Source of the DNA: Minisyncoccia bacterium
GTDB lineage: Bacteria > Patescibacteriota > Minisyncoccia > Phycocordibacterales > UBA918
Direction: 5' to 3'
DNA: 64,000 nt
Assembly (NCBI GenBank): GCA_041750655.1
Contig: JBGSYZ010000007.1
Coordinates: 41,493 to 105,492 of the forward strand
The notes beneath the pieces were generated by a model. It saw nothing but the letters and a program-made list of their open reading frames with translations. It was not told the DNA's origin and ran no database searches. This document shows, piece by piece, positions 1 to 9,833 of the stretch; within the stretch, counting starts at the first letter, position 1, and every line of letters begins with the position of its first letter. The position numbers and the translations under genes are program-made.

Positions 1-267
1 GTCGACTGTATGGTGTCGCATTCACAAACCCTCTATCACGCAGCAGATACTCTCTATAGTGAAATTGTAAAAAAAGGTGATTATCGCGAAGAGCAGGCCA
101 TCGCCAAACTCCTACGCCTTTTTGAATCACATGCCAAAACCATGGCTCTCTTTGCTGAACTCAAAGAATACTACCCAGAGGCAGCCAAGCGCGTCGAAGG
201 CTATATTCCGGCTCTTGGCACCTCGGTTGAACATGGAGAAATTATGTGGGAAGAACGTAAGCAATAA
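1..267 (+). CDS. 3' end of an upstream gene (partial; hypothetical protein)
   Basis: Frame 1 is open from the window edge to TAA at 265-267; no recognisable motif. Confidence 0.35.
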   Translation, partial: VDCMVSHSQTLYHAADTLYSEIVKKGDYREEQAIAKLLRLFESHAKTMALFAELKEYYPEAAKRVEGYIPALGTSVEHGEIMWEERKQ

Positions 268-271
268 AAGT

Positions 272-1330
272 ATGAACGTAGACTTTGATACAGAAATAGA
301 GCAACACCTTAGTAATATCCGTCGTCTCCAGACGGAGAGTGGTCTCTTTACGGCTTCAAGCCAAGGAGTGGTGACCGGCTATGATAAAGCCTGGCTGCGA
401 GACGTATATTTCATCGTACTTTCATTTTTGGAAACTGGCGATTTAGACACAACTAAAAAAGCCGCTAAAGCTCTCTTAAATATATTTGTAAAACACACAG
501 ATAAAATAGATTGGGCGATCCAAGAAAAACCACACGAAACATGGCAATTTATTCATGCGCGATTTCATCCAGAAACATTTGAAGAGTTTTGGGAAGAGTG
601 GGGAAATAAACAACATGACGCAGTCGGTGAAGTTCTCAATCTTTTAGTCACTCTAGAACTCATAGGTGAAGGTGTGATTGAAACAGAGGAAGAAAAAAAC
701 ATGATTCAGAAAATCGTTTACTACTTATGCAGCATTGAATACTGGCATGACGCAGATAATGGTATTTGGGAAGAGAATCTAGAGATACACGCTTCGTCGG
801 TTGGGTCAGTGGTGGCGGCCCTCCAGAAAGCTGATGAATTACCGTGGCTTGAGGTTCCCTACGAAGCCATCCGCAATGGACAAAATACCCTGCGCGGTCT
901 TTTACCTCGAGAATCAGCTGAAAAATTTTGTGACTTAGCGTTACTGACACTTTTGTATCCTTTTAAGGTGGCTACTGAAGCCGAAGCTAATGAGATATTA
1001 AAAAATGTTGAGTACCACTTAGCAAAAAATAAAGGAGTGATTCGCTATAAAACAGATCGTTACTACAACAACAACTTTGATGGCTGGAGCGAAGAAGCAG
1101 AGTGGTGCTTTGGTCATTCGTGGTTGGCGATTATTTATGCCGAGCGAGGTGACAAAGACAAAGCGTATCATTATCTAGAATTAGCACGAGCGGAGGTTAC
1201 AAAAGAAGGTTTCGTACCAGAACTGTATTACTCCAATACTGATACACCCAATGAAAATACGCCGTTGGGTTGGGCTGAGAGTATGTTGGTGATAGCTTTA
1301 CAGAAGGTAAAAGAAATGGAAAGTAGATAA
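272..1330 (+). CDS. GH15-like glycoside hydrolase (glucoamylase/glucodextranase-related)
   Basis: ATG at 272, same frame as track ORF 77..1330, directly after the upstream stop; GYDKAWLRD resembles the conserved W-x-RD region of GH15 enzymes. Confidence 0.45.
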   Translation: MNVDFDTEIEQHLSNIRRLQTESGLFTASSQGVVTGYDKAWLRDVYFIVLSFLETGDLDTTKKAAKALLNIFVKHTDKIDWAIQEKPHETWQFIHARFHPETFEEFWEEWGNKQHDAVGEVLNLLVTLELIGEGVIETEEEKNMIQKIVYYLCSIEYWHDADNGIWEENLEIHASSVGSVVAALQKADELPWLEVPYEAIRNGQNTLRGLLPRESAEKFCDLALLTLLYPFKVATEAEANEILKNVEYHLAKNKGVIRYKTDRYYNNNFDGWSEEAEWCFGHSWLAIIYAERGDKDKAYHYLELARAEVTKEGFVPELYYSNTDTPNENTPLGWAESMLVIALQKVKEMESR

Positions 1331-1336
1331 AAAACA

Positions 1337-1362
1337 GCCGCGCCCGAAGGGCGCGGCTTTTG
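1337..1362. terminator. Bidirectional rho-independent terminator between convergent genes
   Basis: GCCGCGCCC-GAAG-GGCGCGGC hairpin, A-run upstream and TTTTG downstream. Confidence 0.7.
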
Positions 1363-1366
1363 TATA

Positions 1367-1807
1367 TCAGCTAGATATATTTGCAGCTGCACAATAATTT
1401 GCTACCGGGCAGACCCGTTGCTGGTCATCAATTTTTACAACCTCTGATGCACAGACTACAGCTTGAACACCTGGAGGAAGCGGTACGTTTAAGTGAACAA
1501 AGACAGATGAGTTTAACGGGCACCATGTTCCGTTGTGATTAAATACCGGTCCGGTTGATAAAAATCTTATTTCAGTAACACGACATTCTGGATTATTGCT
1601 TCCTCCGCAACAATATGTAGTTCCATTAATACGCCTAGATTCTTCATTCAATAATCGATCGACACTACCGTATTCATGAAGAAGATTGTGACCATATCCA
1701 AAAGCACCAAATGGAATTTCTGACATATTTTCATTGGAACTTTGCGCTACTGCAGCGGACGATAATAGTACACAAACAACACTGTACGTGATAATTTTAA
1801 ACATCAC
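1367..1807 (-). CDS. Secreted cysteine-rich hypothetical protein
   Basis: N-terminal signal-peptide-like hydrophobic segment ending AVAQS; several Cys including a CCGG pair; terminator immediately downstream. Confidence 0.45.
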   Translation of the reverse strand: MMFKIITYSVVCVLLSSAAVAQSSNENMSEIPFGAFGYGHNLLHEYGSVDRLLNEESRRINGTTYCCGGSNNPECRVTEIRFLSTGPVFNHNGTWCPLNSSVFVHLNVPLPPGVQAVVCASEVVKIDDQQRVCPVANYCAAANISS

Positions 1808-1890
1808 TTAGCCTCCTCTTTTTTCTGATTAGGTAACTTTTCCTAACTACTATATACACCTTGAATTAATAATAGACAAGTTTTTTATTT

Positions 1891-2973
1891 TTAATACTGT
1901 CGCTTACTAAATCTCTGGGCAAGCTTTAGAATTAGGAACAAAATAAGTAATAGCAGGGTCAGTTGAACCAATATTGGATGAGCGAGAAATTTTGAAAGCA
2001 GGAAGAGTATTCCGTTGTAAACAAAGATGACAATCGCTTTAAGTCCACCAAAAATACTTTTTAGTAAAGTACCAAAGTTACCACTGACTCCTTCGGTGCT
2101 GCGAGTAATTTCACCGATGTGGCTGGTGGTTGCTCCATCATTTTTATCATCAGTGCCCATGTCTTCATTTGTTTCTGATTCTGAAGAGGTAGTGGTGGGA
2201 GCGGCGGCTTCGCCGCCGCTCGTTTCACCCACCTCAGTTTGAGTGGTAGCTTCGGCGCGGCTCTCACGATATTCATCCAGCTTGTCTTTACTGGTATTGA
2301 TAAAATTAGTGACTGACGAAAGAGTATTCCCGGCCCGGTTGTCAGTTAGAAATTGCTCTAAACCAGCCGGTTCATGAGAATTGTTTTCACCAGAGTTTTT
2401 ATTTTCCAGAACACTTTGGTCTTGTTTTTCAGTGTCGCTTTCTTCTTCGTCATTAGTTTTTGGTTTATCGTAGATTAACGGGTTGGTGCCCGCGGCTTTT
2501 TCATCTTCATCACTTACACCATCTCCATCATCGTCAGTATCTTCTGTATTTCCAATATTATCTTTGTCGGTATCTAAATCGACAAAAATAACATCTTCCG
2601 CAATAGCTGAAGTTAGGGTTACTGATTTGGTCCCAGAAGCGGTCGAAGATATTTCTGTTCGAGATAAAGAGGCACTGATAGTGCTGGTCCCGTATTTTGG
2701 TGTCCAATCAGCCCAACTTTCCACAATCCGCCCATCAAGGGCATCGATAAAATTCCGTTCAATCCGTTCACCGTTAACATAAAACTCCACCGCTCCCGAC
2801 AGGTCAGCGCCGGTATTGTTGCGTACGGCCACATAGACACGGATAGGTTCATCAGCAAAGAATAACTCTTGGTCATACCAAAGACCGCGAACAATACCAG
2901 CGTTAGATTCTTCTGCCTTTATAGGCGAAAAAGGAAGAAATAGTAGTATAAAAATAATCAGCCAAATCTGCAT
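1891..2973 (-). CDS. Acidic secreted/membrane-anchored hypothetical protein
   Basis: N-terminal signal peptide (LLFLPFSPIKA), long D/E/T-rich central region, C-terminal hydrophobic helix. Confidence 0.45.
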   Translation of the reverse strand: MQIWLIIFILLFLPFSPIKAEESNAGIVRGLWYDQELFFADEPIRVYVAVRNNTGADLSGAVEFYVNGERIERNFIDALDGRIVESWADWTPKYGTSTISASLSRTEISSTASGTKSVTLTSAIAEDVIFVDLDTDKDNIGNTEDTDDDGDGVSDEDEKAAGTNPLIYDKPKTNDEEESDTEKQDQSVLENKNSGENNSHEPAGLEQFLTDNRAGNTLSSVTNFINTSKDKLDEYRESRAEATTQTEVGETSGGEAAAPTTTSSESETNEDMGTDDKNDGATTSHIGEITRSTEGVSGNFGTLLKSIFGGLKAIVIFVYNGILFLLSKFLAHPILVQLTLLLLILFLILKLAQRFSKRQY

Positions 2974-3006
2974 ATAAATATTATACCCCCATTAAAAAGG
3001 ATTCAG

Positions 3007-3033
3007 CCCGGCGCCCACAAGTGGGGCGCCGGG
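3007..3033 (-). terminator. Rho-independent terminator for the 3044..3697 gene
   Basis: CCCGGCGCCC/GGGCGCCGGG 10-bp stem directly after the TGA stop, T-run on the minus strand. Confidence 0.6.
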
Positions 3034-3043
3034 CCAATAAAGT

Positions 3044-3697
3044 TCAAATATTGTCCATCGACGTGCATGTATTCCAAGCACCGATGAATTCAATTTCTTT
3101 TTTCGGGCCGTAGCCTCGTGTAACAGCCAAGAAAGGATCTCCAAAATCTGCCAGAATACGCACTCTTGTACCCGGAATTTCCTCGGCTACGCTCAGGCGC
3201 AATTTGAGGTTGTCCGGGACGGCGTGCCGTCCAAAGGCATCTGGGGTATAGAACCTCCAGAAACCCATTGTCTCGACCAAGTGATCATTGTTGCTCATCT
3301 CAGCGACAATGATAAAAGCAAAAACCGTCATCCAACTCACCAATGGGAGGTATAACCACCCAGTGTCAAAAGGCATATAACCTCCAGCAAAGAAAGCAAA
3401 GATGAAAAGTACGAATGAGAGGAGTAACGAAAACAGCACGCTTGGGATTTGGCCGACACGTAGCCACATAAACGGAAGCACCAAATTAATCACCATCAGA
3501 CCTTGAAAAAACCAGTGCAAAATTTCGTGCCCAACGGTAGGCCGACTTAATCGTTTCATCTTGGCCACGTGTTCTTCGACGTCTTTTCGGCTGAGGATTG
3601 GTAAATCGTATTGGCCGATCAGTTGAGCCAAGGTCATTGAATGGCTGTTCGTTGTCCGGAATTTTCCCAGAACAGGCATCATATCGACATACGACAT
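3044..3697 (-). CDS. Membrane protein with HExxH motif (putative zinc metallopeptidase)
   Basis: Multiple TM helices; GHEILHWF HExxH motif; ends with TGA followed by a hairpin. Confidence 0.4.
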   Translation of the reverse strand: MSYVDMMPVLGKFRTTNSHSMTLAQLIGQYDLPILSRKDVEEHVAKMKRLSRPTVGHEILHWFFQGLMVINLVLPFMWLRVGQIPSVLFSLLLSFVLFIFAFFAGGYMPFDTGWLYLPLVSWMTVFAFIIVAEMSNNDHLVETMGFWRFYTPDAFGRHAVPDNLKLRLSVAEEIPGTRVRILADFGDPFLAVTRGYGPKKEIEFIGAWNTCTSMDNI

Positions 3698-3845
3698 TTT
3701 TTTCTCCCTATCCAGACAAGATTGTCTAACAAGTAAGTTATGCTTTTATGCATAGTAAGTCAATAAGTAAAAGTATGCATTTACAAAACACAGCCTCTCT
3801 TGTATAGTATTGCCCTCGCAGTTAAGGATGAAAGGTTCCTAACGA

Positions 3846-4277
3846 ATGCAGAAAAAACCTAGCTTTGATGACTCGTTTCCGGTCACGATTTGGACCGACC
3901 TAACGCCGGGAGCAATCCGGATTGCTCGCATGTTGGGTGACAAAATATTGTTTGAGCGTGGGCTCGAGACCTACACTCAGTGGTATAACAAGCTCAAAGC
4001 ATTGGGGCACAGTGCGGTGGACACCGACTTTTTTCCGACCAATGGTCGTAACAAAAGTCTCTACCCGCAGGCCTTGCCGGCAATTATCGACAGGGTAGAG
4101 AATCAAGACGAAGCGGACTTTTTGTATGCGGTTATACGGGATTGTCCGCCGGTTGGCACTGAGAAAGTGTGTGCTGAAAAATGGGCTACCATGCTTGCCC
4201 GTCTCGGTATCGAAGGCGGCCCCACACTCGATGTTTCAGCCTTTCTCGGCCAGCAACAAGTCGCCCGGGCCGCCTAA
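3846..4277 (+). CDS. Hypothetical protein
   Basis: 143-aa ORF with terminator hairpin downstream (4305..4346). Confidence 0.45.
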   Translation: MQKKPSFDDSFPVTIWTDLTPGAIRIARMLGDKILFERGLETYTQWYNKLKALGHSAVDTDFFPTNGRNKSLYPQALPAIIDRVENQDEADFLYAVIRDCPPVGTEKVCAEKWATMLARLGIEGGPTLDVSAFLGQQQVARAA

Positions 4278-4304
4278 GTTCATTGCAAAAAAAAGTTCTT
4301 ATCA

Positions 4305-4346
4305 CCAGCCGGCCAGTTTCCAAACTGGCCGGCTGAATCTTTTTAT
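4305..4346 (+). terminator. Rho-independent terminator
   Basis: CAGCCGGCCAGTTT / AAACTGGCCGGCTG 14-bp stem followed by AATCTTTTTAT. Confidence 0.7.
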
Positions 4347-4372
4347 GCTTAAAATTTGTTATATTTAAGTAT

Positions 4373-4696
4373 ATGAGTATCTTTCGAGAATATATAGCCT
4401 ATTTAAAAGATAACCCGAAAGGGTATTGGTTTAAACGAAAGCTGTATGGGTGGGGGTGGACCCCGGCACGGTGGCAGGGGTGGGTCACATTAATTATTTT
4501 TATCGCTGGTATCATCTGGAATGCTATTCGTCTTGATTCTGCTTCTCATTCTGTTAGTGACACTCTTATAAACGTGGTGCCACAAACTTTTGTGTTACTT
4601 CTTTTGTTGCTTGTGATTTGCTACAAAACCGGCGAGAAACCGAAATGGCAATTTGGTTTCCCTAAAAAGTTAGAAAATGAAGAAACAATCAACTGA
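4373..4696 (+). CDS. Small membrane protein (hypothetical)
   Basis: 107 aa, Trp-rich N-terminus, two hydrophobic helices. Confidence 0.4.
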   Translation: MSIFREYIAYLKDNPKGYWFKRKLYGWGWTPARWQGWVTLIIFIAGIIWNAIRLDSASHSVSDTLINVVPQTFVLLLLLLVICYKTGEKPKWQFGFPKKLENEETIN

Positions 4697-4958
4697 TAGT
4701 TTTTTTATTTATATATTGAAGTGTGCTGACGGTACGCTGTACACTGGGTATACCGATGACCTACAGGAACGGGTTAAAACTCACAATGGTGAGAGCAAAA
4801 AAGTTGGTGCTAAGTACACTCGAGGTCGACGACCGGTGAAGCTGGTCTATAGTGAAGGTTTTAAAACCAAATCCGAGGCCATGAAACGAGAGATAGAAAT
4901 AAAAAAACTTACACGCCTACAAAAAGAAAAGTTATTCACACAGTTGTTAGCATCATAG
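4677..4958 (+). CDS. GIY-YIG nuclease superfamily protein (YhbQ/UPF0213-like)
   Basis: FIYILKCADGTLYTGYTDDLQERVKTHN matches the GIY-YIG core. Confidence 0.8.
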   Translation: MKKQSTDSFFIYILKCADGTLYTGYTDDLQERVKTHNGESKKVGAKYTRGRRPVKLVYSEGFKTKSEAMKREIEIKKLTRLQKEKLFTQLLAS

Positions 4959-5145
4959 TGTAGCGTGTAAAAAATTGTGGCTATATAATTATGTGAACAT
5001 GAGAACAAAGGGGGAAAGGAGGCAACTCCCCATACTACCGGTCATCATGCATTAAAAGTTATGCATAACAAAAAATGGCAGCAAAAAAGAAAGTAGCTAA
5101 AAAAGCTCCAGCTAAAAAAGCTAAGAAGAAATAACTTCTAAAAAA

Positions 5146-5170
5146 GGCGCCCCACAGGGGCGCCTTTTTT
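5146..5170. terminator. Bidirectional rho-independent terminator
   Basis: GGCGCCCC-ACA-GGGGCGCC hairpin flanked by A6 and T6. Confidence 0.75.
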
Positions 5171-5906
5171 ATTTGTCACTCATAAATATACTCAAATCGG
5201 AAGAATTTATTTTACCGTCACGGTTAAAGTCTGAACGCAGATTTTGCGTGGCAAAATCTGCCATAAAAATACTGGTATCAATAAAATTTTTCTTACCATC
5301 ATTATTCAAGTCAGTGTTAATTGGTTCTGGCAATACAGCAAGCATTTTTTTCTCAGTGGCTTTTTCTAGCACTGTCTCTTCTTGTAGTTTTTGGTTTTCA
5401 ATCTCAAAAATAGCGTCAATTGGTTTTTTTACTTCATCATCACTACCTAAACCGTCATGTTTTAATATTCGAATATCATTCAAACCAACTTCAGTTTCTC
5501 CAGTCGATAAGGTTTCAAAAGTTACGTTCAACAATTTTCCGGTGCCAGTGAATCCTCCGGGTACGGTGGTGCCACCAATAAAATTTAAAGTCCCGTCACC
5601 ATTACTGTACCAAGGCAATTCTGCCCACAGGTCCGCAATAGAGGTGTTGTAGTCAATCGATATAACTTTTAAATGGTGTGGGTCAAAATGTACCAGCCCC
5701 TTAAACACATTAACCGGCTGTCCTGCTTCTACGATAATATCGACAACGATTTTTTCACCAACAAAAGTACTACCCGATGTTGGTTCAATTCTCATGTCGG
5801 CGGCTGAAGTAAAATCTATAATATTGAAAATACTATTGATTCCAAAAAAACTAAAAATAGCGATGAGCGTAGTTATTAAAATTCTCCCAAGGGTTAGTTG
5901 TGGCAT
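5169..5906 (-). CDS. Membrane-anchored cohesin-domain protein with C-terminal dockerin-type repeats
   Basis: N-terminal TM helix; central region matches the cohesin fold pattern (VVDIIVEAGQPVNVFKGLVHFDPHHLKVISIDY...GTGKLLNVTFETLSTGETEV); C-terminal DLNNDGKKNFID and DFNRDGKINSSD calcium-binding dockerin repeats. Confidence 0.55.
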   Translation of the reverse strand: MPQLTLGRILITTLIAIFSFFGINSIFNIIDFTSAADMRIEPTSGSTFVGEKIVVDIIVEAGQPVNVFKGLVHFDPHHLKVISIDYNTSIADLWAELPWYSNGDGTLNFIGGTTVPGGFTGTGKLLNVTFETLSTGETEVGLNDIRILKHDGLGSDDEVKKPIDAIFEIENQKLQEETVLEKATEKKMLAVLPEPINTDLNNDGKKNFIDTSIFMADFATQNLRSDFNRDGKINSSDLSIFMSDK

Positions 5907-5970
5907 AATTTATAGTATAACCCCTCGAAATGGTTGAATTTATGTTTATGTACTGTAGGATAGGGGACTT

Positions 5971-7455
5971 ATGTCACGCGCTGCCGGACTCATAACGTTT
6001 AATACCGTTTCATACCAACACGATGCAATCACGCCTATCTTAAAAGAGGCGAGTTTTTCAGTCCGTCGGGGCGGCAAGTTTACTCTTATGGGTCAAAATG
6101 GTGCCGGTAAGAGTACTATTTTTGGTTTGATTGCAGGTGAGTATCAGCCGGATGAAGGTGACATTAATATCATGCCCAAAACTAGTGTCGCCGTGTCACG
6201 ACAAATTATTCCTCGAGCAGAACTGGAACTTACGATGCGGGAATTTTTTGAGAAATGTTTTTCCGAGAAAGTGTACAACATAGACCCAAAAATTGACGAG
6301 ATGCTTGAGGTGGTAAACATGACACCACCGAGTCCGGAAATGGCCAAAGATTTTAAAGATAGAGTGGTCGGCAGTTTTTCTGGTGGTCAGCAGGCTCGTC
6401 TACTTTTAGCCTCAGCCCTGATTCAAGAACCTGATGTTCTCTTGCTTGATGAACCAACCAACAACCTAGATGCTGAAGGTGTTGCTCACCTAACTGAGTT
6501 TCTTAAAGAGTATCGCAAGACCGTGATCGTGATTTCCCATGACGCTGAATTCTTAAATTCATTTACGCACGGTGTTTTGTATCTCAATACCCAAACACGC
6601 ACCGTCGAACAATACGATGGAAACTATAACGACGTGATTAAAGAGATTGCTCTGCGTGTAGATAAAGAAAAAAGACTGAACGCTCAAATGGCTAAAGAGA
6701 TTCAGGCCAACAAAGACAAGGCAAACTTCTTTGCGAACAAAGGTGGTAACTTGCGGGCGGTCGCCAAACGCATGCGCGAGAAAGTAGAAGAATACGAAGA
6801 AAATAAGGTTGATGTTCGTAAAGAAGACCGAACTATCCGACCGTTTGAAATTCCGGTTCAAGACGATGTGCCACTGGAAGTATTAACACTCACTTCTTAC
6901 AAAGTAATTAAAAATCACACTCCAAAAGATGTAGTGTGTGATATCACAATGCGCCGTGGTCAGCATTGGCGAATTGTGGGACCAAACGGAATTGGTAAAA
7001 CCACTCTTTTAGAATCACTAGCGACTGGTCATGCTAAAGGCGAAGTGGTAGCACCGGGTGTGAAGATAGGTTACTACCGACAGGATTTTTCAAACCTCGA
7101 TTTTGAGCAGACAGTATTTGACTGCTTGATGGAAGCTATGGAAAAGAAGCTAGAAGAAAGCATGCGTTCAATCGCCGCTGGCTTTCTCCTAACCGGAGAT
7201 GTGATGAAAAATAAAATTGGCTTGCTCTCGGAAGGACAGAAAGGTTTAGTAGCGTTCGCTCGTTTGGTCATGCAACGACCGGGGCTGCTTATTTTTGACG
7301 AACCCACCAACCATATCAACTTTCGGCATATTCCAGTGATAGCTGACGCACTAAGTAAATACAAGGGCACGATGATTTTGGTTTCCCACGTTCCAGATTT
7401 TGTGGAAAAAATTAGAATTGATGAAACCCTGGATTTAAACAAACTTAAGAAGTGA
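5971..7455 (+). CDS. ABC-F family ATPase (two ABC cassettes, no TM domain)
   Basis: Two Walker A motifs (GQNGAGKST, GPNGIGKTT), two signature/Walker B regions (FSGGQQ...LLLDEPTN, LSEGQKG...LIFDEPTN). Confidence 0.8.
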   Translation: MSRAAGLITFNTVSYQHDAITPILKEASFSVRRGGKFTLMGQNGAGKSTIFGLIAGEYQPDEGDINIMPKTSVAVSRQIIPRAELELTMREFFEKCFSEKVYNIDPKIDEMLEVVNMTPPSPEMAKDFKDRVVGSFSGGQQARLLLASALIQEPDVLLLDEPTNNLDAEGVAHLTEFLKEYRKTVIVISHDAEFLNSFTHGVLYLNTQTRTVEQYDGNYNDVIKEIALRVDKEKRLNAQMAKEIQANKDKANFFANKGGNLRAVAKRMREKVEEYEENKVDVRKEDRTIRPFEIPVQDDVPLEVLTLTSYKVIKNHTPKDVVCDITMRRGQHWRIVGPNGIGKTTLLESLATGHAKGEVVAPGVKIGYYRQDFSNLDFEQTVFDCLMEAMEKKLEESMRSIAAGFLLTGDVMKNKIGLLSEGQKGLVAFARLVMQRPGLLIFDEPTNHINFRHIPVIADALSKYKGTMILVSHVPDFVEKIRIDETLDLNKLKK

Positions 7456-7617
7456 TATACTACTAAAATATAAATATTAAAGAGGACGGATGAAAATATA
7501 ACGCATTATAAAAACTTATTAGATAAATAGTATTTTATGGCTAAAGGCAATTTCTCTCAAAATAAACGAGAAAAAAAGAAACCAAAGAAAGACAAAGGAG
7601 ATACGAAGTAACAGCAA

Positions 7618-7652
7618 GAGGCGCGCCCGTAGGGCGCGCCTCCAGCTTTTTG
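7618..7652 (+). terminator. Rho-independent terminator
   Basis: GAGGCGCGCCC-GTA-GGGCGCGCCTC followed by CAGCTTTTTG. Confidence 0.7.
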
Positions 7653-7661
7653 CACTAAGAA

Positions 7662-7919
7662 GTGAATAATGAGTATGGAAAGGAGGTGGTCAATGTGACT
7701 TACCAGAAAAAATGGCAAAAACCACCTGGTGAACGTTGGCGTAAATTGAGTCAAACCTACAACCCCAGACCGAAACCCGGCGACCATGTCTTACTTCGCA
7801 ATGACGAAGTAGATGTGGTCAAAAGCTACAACGAGGCCTACAAAATGTATACGCTTCAACACCATCAGGGACTGTTCTCGGCTGAAAACCTGATTGTTCT
7901 CAACGAGACAAAAAAATAA
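7662..7919 (+). CDS. Hypothetical protein (likely true start GTG 7695, after AAGGAGG)
   Basis: ORF with AAGGAGG Shine-Dalgarno at 7680-7687; terminator hairpin 7920..7955 downstream. Confidence 0.45.
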   Translation: MNNEYGKEVVNVTYQKKWQKPPGERWRKLSQTYNPRPKPGDHVLLRNDEVDVVKSYNEAYKMYTLQHHQGLFSAENLIVLNETKK

Positions 7920-7955
7920 CCCAGGCCGCGTGCGGCCTGGGTCAACCTATTTTCT
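7920..7955 (+). terminator. Rho-independent terminator
   Basis: CCCAGGCCGC-GTG-CGGCCTGGG hairpin followed by a T-rich tract. Confidence 0.65.
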
Positions 7956-7986
7956 GATACACTATTGGTATATAAGAACTTTATAT

Positions 7987-8190
7987 ATGGAAAACAATAT
8001 TGAACAACGTCTCGCCAACCAAGAAGAAAAAATTGAAGCTATCCTTACTTCAGTTAAAAAAACTGAAAAGTATTTTAAGGTTACTCTTTGGGTAACCGTC
8101 ATTATGTTTGTAGTACCTTTGTTAGGTCTACTATTTGTCATTCCAGCATTTATTGCCAGCTATACGACATCGCTTGGAGGTTTGATTTAA
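7987..8190 (+). CDS. Small membrane protein (67 aa)
   Basis: ATG at 7987 in frame with track ORF 7894..8190; C-terminal hydrophobic helix. Confidence 0.4.
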   Translation: MENNIEQRLANQEEKIEAILTSVKKTEKYFKVTLWVTVIMFVVPLLGLLFVIPAFIASYTTSLGGLI

Positions 8191-8193
8191 TTA

Positions 8194-8595
8194 ATGAAAA
8201 AACGGTCATACAAAATAACTAGTAATGTTTTCATTTGGCCAGGTGAGACAGTCCGGGGGACTGTCGCAAGACCTTTTGTGCCTTTTTCGAGCACGACAGT
8301 TCGAAGAAAAAAGCCAAAAGGTATACAGCACCGGTACGGTGAGCAGGATAAATGGCATTTTGTGTCCGTAACAAAGAAGATTGGAGAAGAAATCAAGAAA
8401 AATTTTGGTAGTAACAGCCGAGGGTTCGGATCATTGCCAGTCGAAGTGATTATTGGCAAAACGAAATGGACAACATCAATTTTCCCAGAAAAGACTTCTG
8501 GTTCGTACATCTTGCCTCTAAAACCTAAGGTAAGAAAAACAGAAGGTATTTGGGAAGGAGATGTGCTTAAGTATTCAATAAAAATTAAAGTTTAG
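8194..8595 (+). CDS. DUF1905 family protein
   Basis: SLPVEVIIGKTKWTTSIFPEKTSGSYILPLKPKVRKTEGIWEGD matches the DUF1905 pattern. Confidence 0.55.
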   Translation: MKKRSYKITSNVFIWPGETVRGTVARPFVPFSSTTVRRKKPKGIQHRYGEQDKWHFVSVTKKIGEEIKKNFGSNSRGFGSLPVEVIIGKTKWTTSIFPEKTSGSYILPLKPKVRKTEGIWEGDVLKYSIKIKV

Positions 8596-8597
8596 GT

Positions 8598-9236
8598 ATG
8601 AAGGTCAATGAAATATACAAAAAGTATAATATAAACAAAGGATTGCAGGAGCATATGCTCCGTGTGGCAGCAGTGTCAAAATTAATTTGTGATAATTTTG
8701 ATACTGATTTAGATAAAGAAAATGTAGTTAATGCATGTTTGCTTCATGATATGGCAAACCTAATAAAGTCAAAACTCGATAGCGCCCCAGAATTATTTGA
8801 ACCGGAAGGAATTGAGTATTGGGAAGGTGTTAAAAATGAAATGATAAGTAAATATGGAAATAATGTTCATGAAGCAACGTCTAAAATAGTTTCAGAAGTC
8901 ACTAACGAAGAAAAAATAAATATACTCGTAAGTGAAATGGCTTTTGATGCGATTAAAGAAATTGCTGAAAAAGGTAAAGTTGAAGTAAAAATTGCTTTAT
9001 ATTCAGATATGAGAGTGGGTATGTACGGCATTATTTCTCTCGATGAAAGATTTGATGATATAAAAGAACGATATGTTCCACGCGGTCGTTTTAGTGCTGA
9101 AGAGATAGAAGCTAGAAGGGAAGCAGCAAAAAGAATTGAAGATAAAATTTTCACGCATTGCAAAATCAAACCAGAAGATATAAATGATGAATCGACAAAA
9201 GTTATTCAGCAGGGATTATTAGGAGTAGAAATTTAA
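8598..9236 (+). CDS. HD-domain phosphohydrolase-like protein
   Basis: [12 protein letters not shown]...[10 protein letters not shown] fits the HD-motif spacing. Confidence 0.45.
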   Translation: MKVNEIYKKYNINKGLQEHMLRVAAVSKLICDNFDTDLDKENVVNACLLHDMANLIKSKLDSAPELFEPEGIEYWEGVKNEMISKYGNNVHEATSKIVSEVTNEEKINILVSEMAFDAIKEIAEKGKVEVKIALYSDMRVGMYGIISLDERFDDIKERYVPRGRFSAEEIEARREAAKRIEDKIFTHCKIKPEDINDESTKVIQQGLLGVEI

Positions 9237-9237
9237 A

Positions 9238-9726
9238 ATGATTAAAAAAGCTTATTTAGCTGGGGGTTGCTTCTGGGGTCTCGAAGAACTTTTGCGCACC
9301 CAACCAGGCATTATCAGCACCGAAGCCGGGTACTGTGGTGGTAAAAATGAAAATCCAACGTACCGTGACCACCCTGGTCACGCTGAGTCGTTAGAGATTG
9401 AATACGATGACACAGTGACAAGTTATAAAAAAATTCTCGATTTCTTTTTTCAAATCCATAACCCGACTACCCTTAACCAGCAAGGGAATGATAAGGGCAC
9501 GTCGTATCGCTCTGCTATTTTCTATGCCAATGATGAAGAGAAGGCGGTTGCCCAAGAGATGATAGAGATAGTAAACGAATCAGGTCGCTGGGATAACCCG
9601 GTGGTGACTACTCTCGAGCCGCTGACTCGTTTTTGGCCGGCTGAACCGGAACATCAAGATTACTTACAACGTTTCCCAAGTGGCTACACTTGTCACGCGA
9701 TTTATTTTGATTCATATCTAGATTAG
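9238..9726 (+). CDS. msrA: Peptide methionine sulfoxide reductase MsrA
   Basis: [13 protein letters not shown] active-site motif and overall MsrA similarity. Confidence 0.85.
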   Translation: MIKKAYLAGGCFWGLEELLRTQPGIISTEAGYCGGKNENPTYRDHPGHAESLEIEYDDTVTSYKKILDFFFQIHNPTTLNQQGNDKGTSYRSAIFYANDEEKAVAQEMIEIVNESGRWDNPVVTTLEPLTRFWPAEPEHQDYLQRFPSGYTCHAIYFDSYLD

Positions 9727-9737
9727 TAGGGTAGCAA

Positions 9738-9772
9738 AAAGACCGGCGATCTTTACTCACCGGTCTTTTTAT
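9738..9772 (+). terminator. Rho-independent terminator after msrA
   Basis: AGACCGG...CCGGTCT stem followed by TTTTTATTT. Confidence 0.6.
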
Positions 9773-9798
9773 TTATCAACATCATATATTCCAGTACC

Positions 9799-9827
9799 TT
9801 GCAATACATAGTACCTTATGCTATAAT
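9799..9827 (+). promoter_or_regulatory. Sigma70-like promoter for the PadR gene (near-leaderless transcript)
   Basis: TTGCAA - 17 nt - TATAAT; -10 ends 6 nt before ATG 9834; imperfect CATAGTACCTTATG palindrome overlaps (possible operator). Confidence 0.5.
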
Positions 9828-9833
9828 ATTATT

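Noticed and set aside
5075-5134. 19-aa lysine-rich micro-ORF MAAKKKVAKKAPAKKAKKK directly in front of a terminator (a similar 24-aa one lies at 7538-7612)
   Set aside because: No Shine-Dalgarno; the A-rich tracts that precede bidirectional terminators in this AT-rich genome translate to poly-Lys by default, so most likely non-coding. The 4960-5145 region may still be a small transcript (it contains a GGGGA...TCCCC hairpin).
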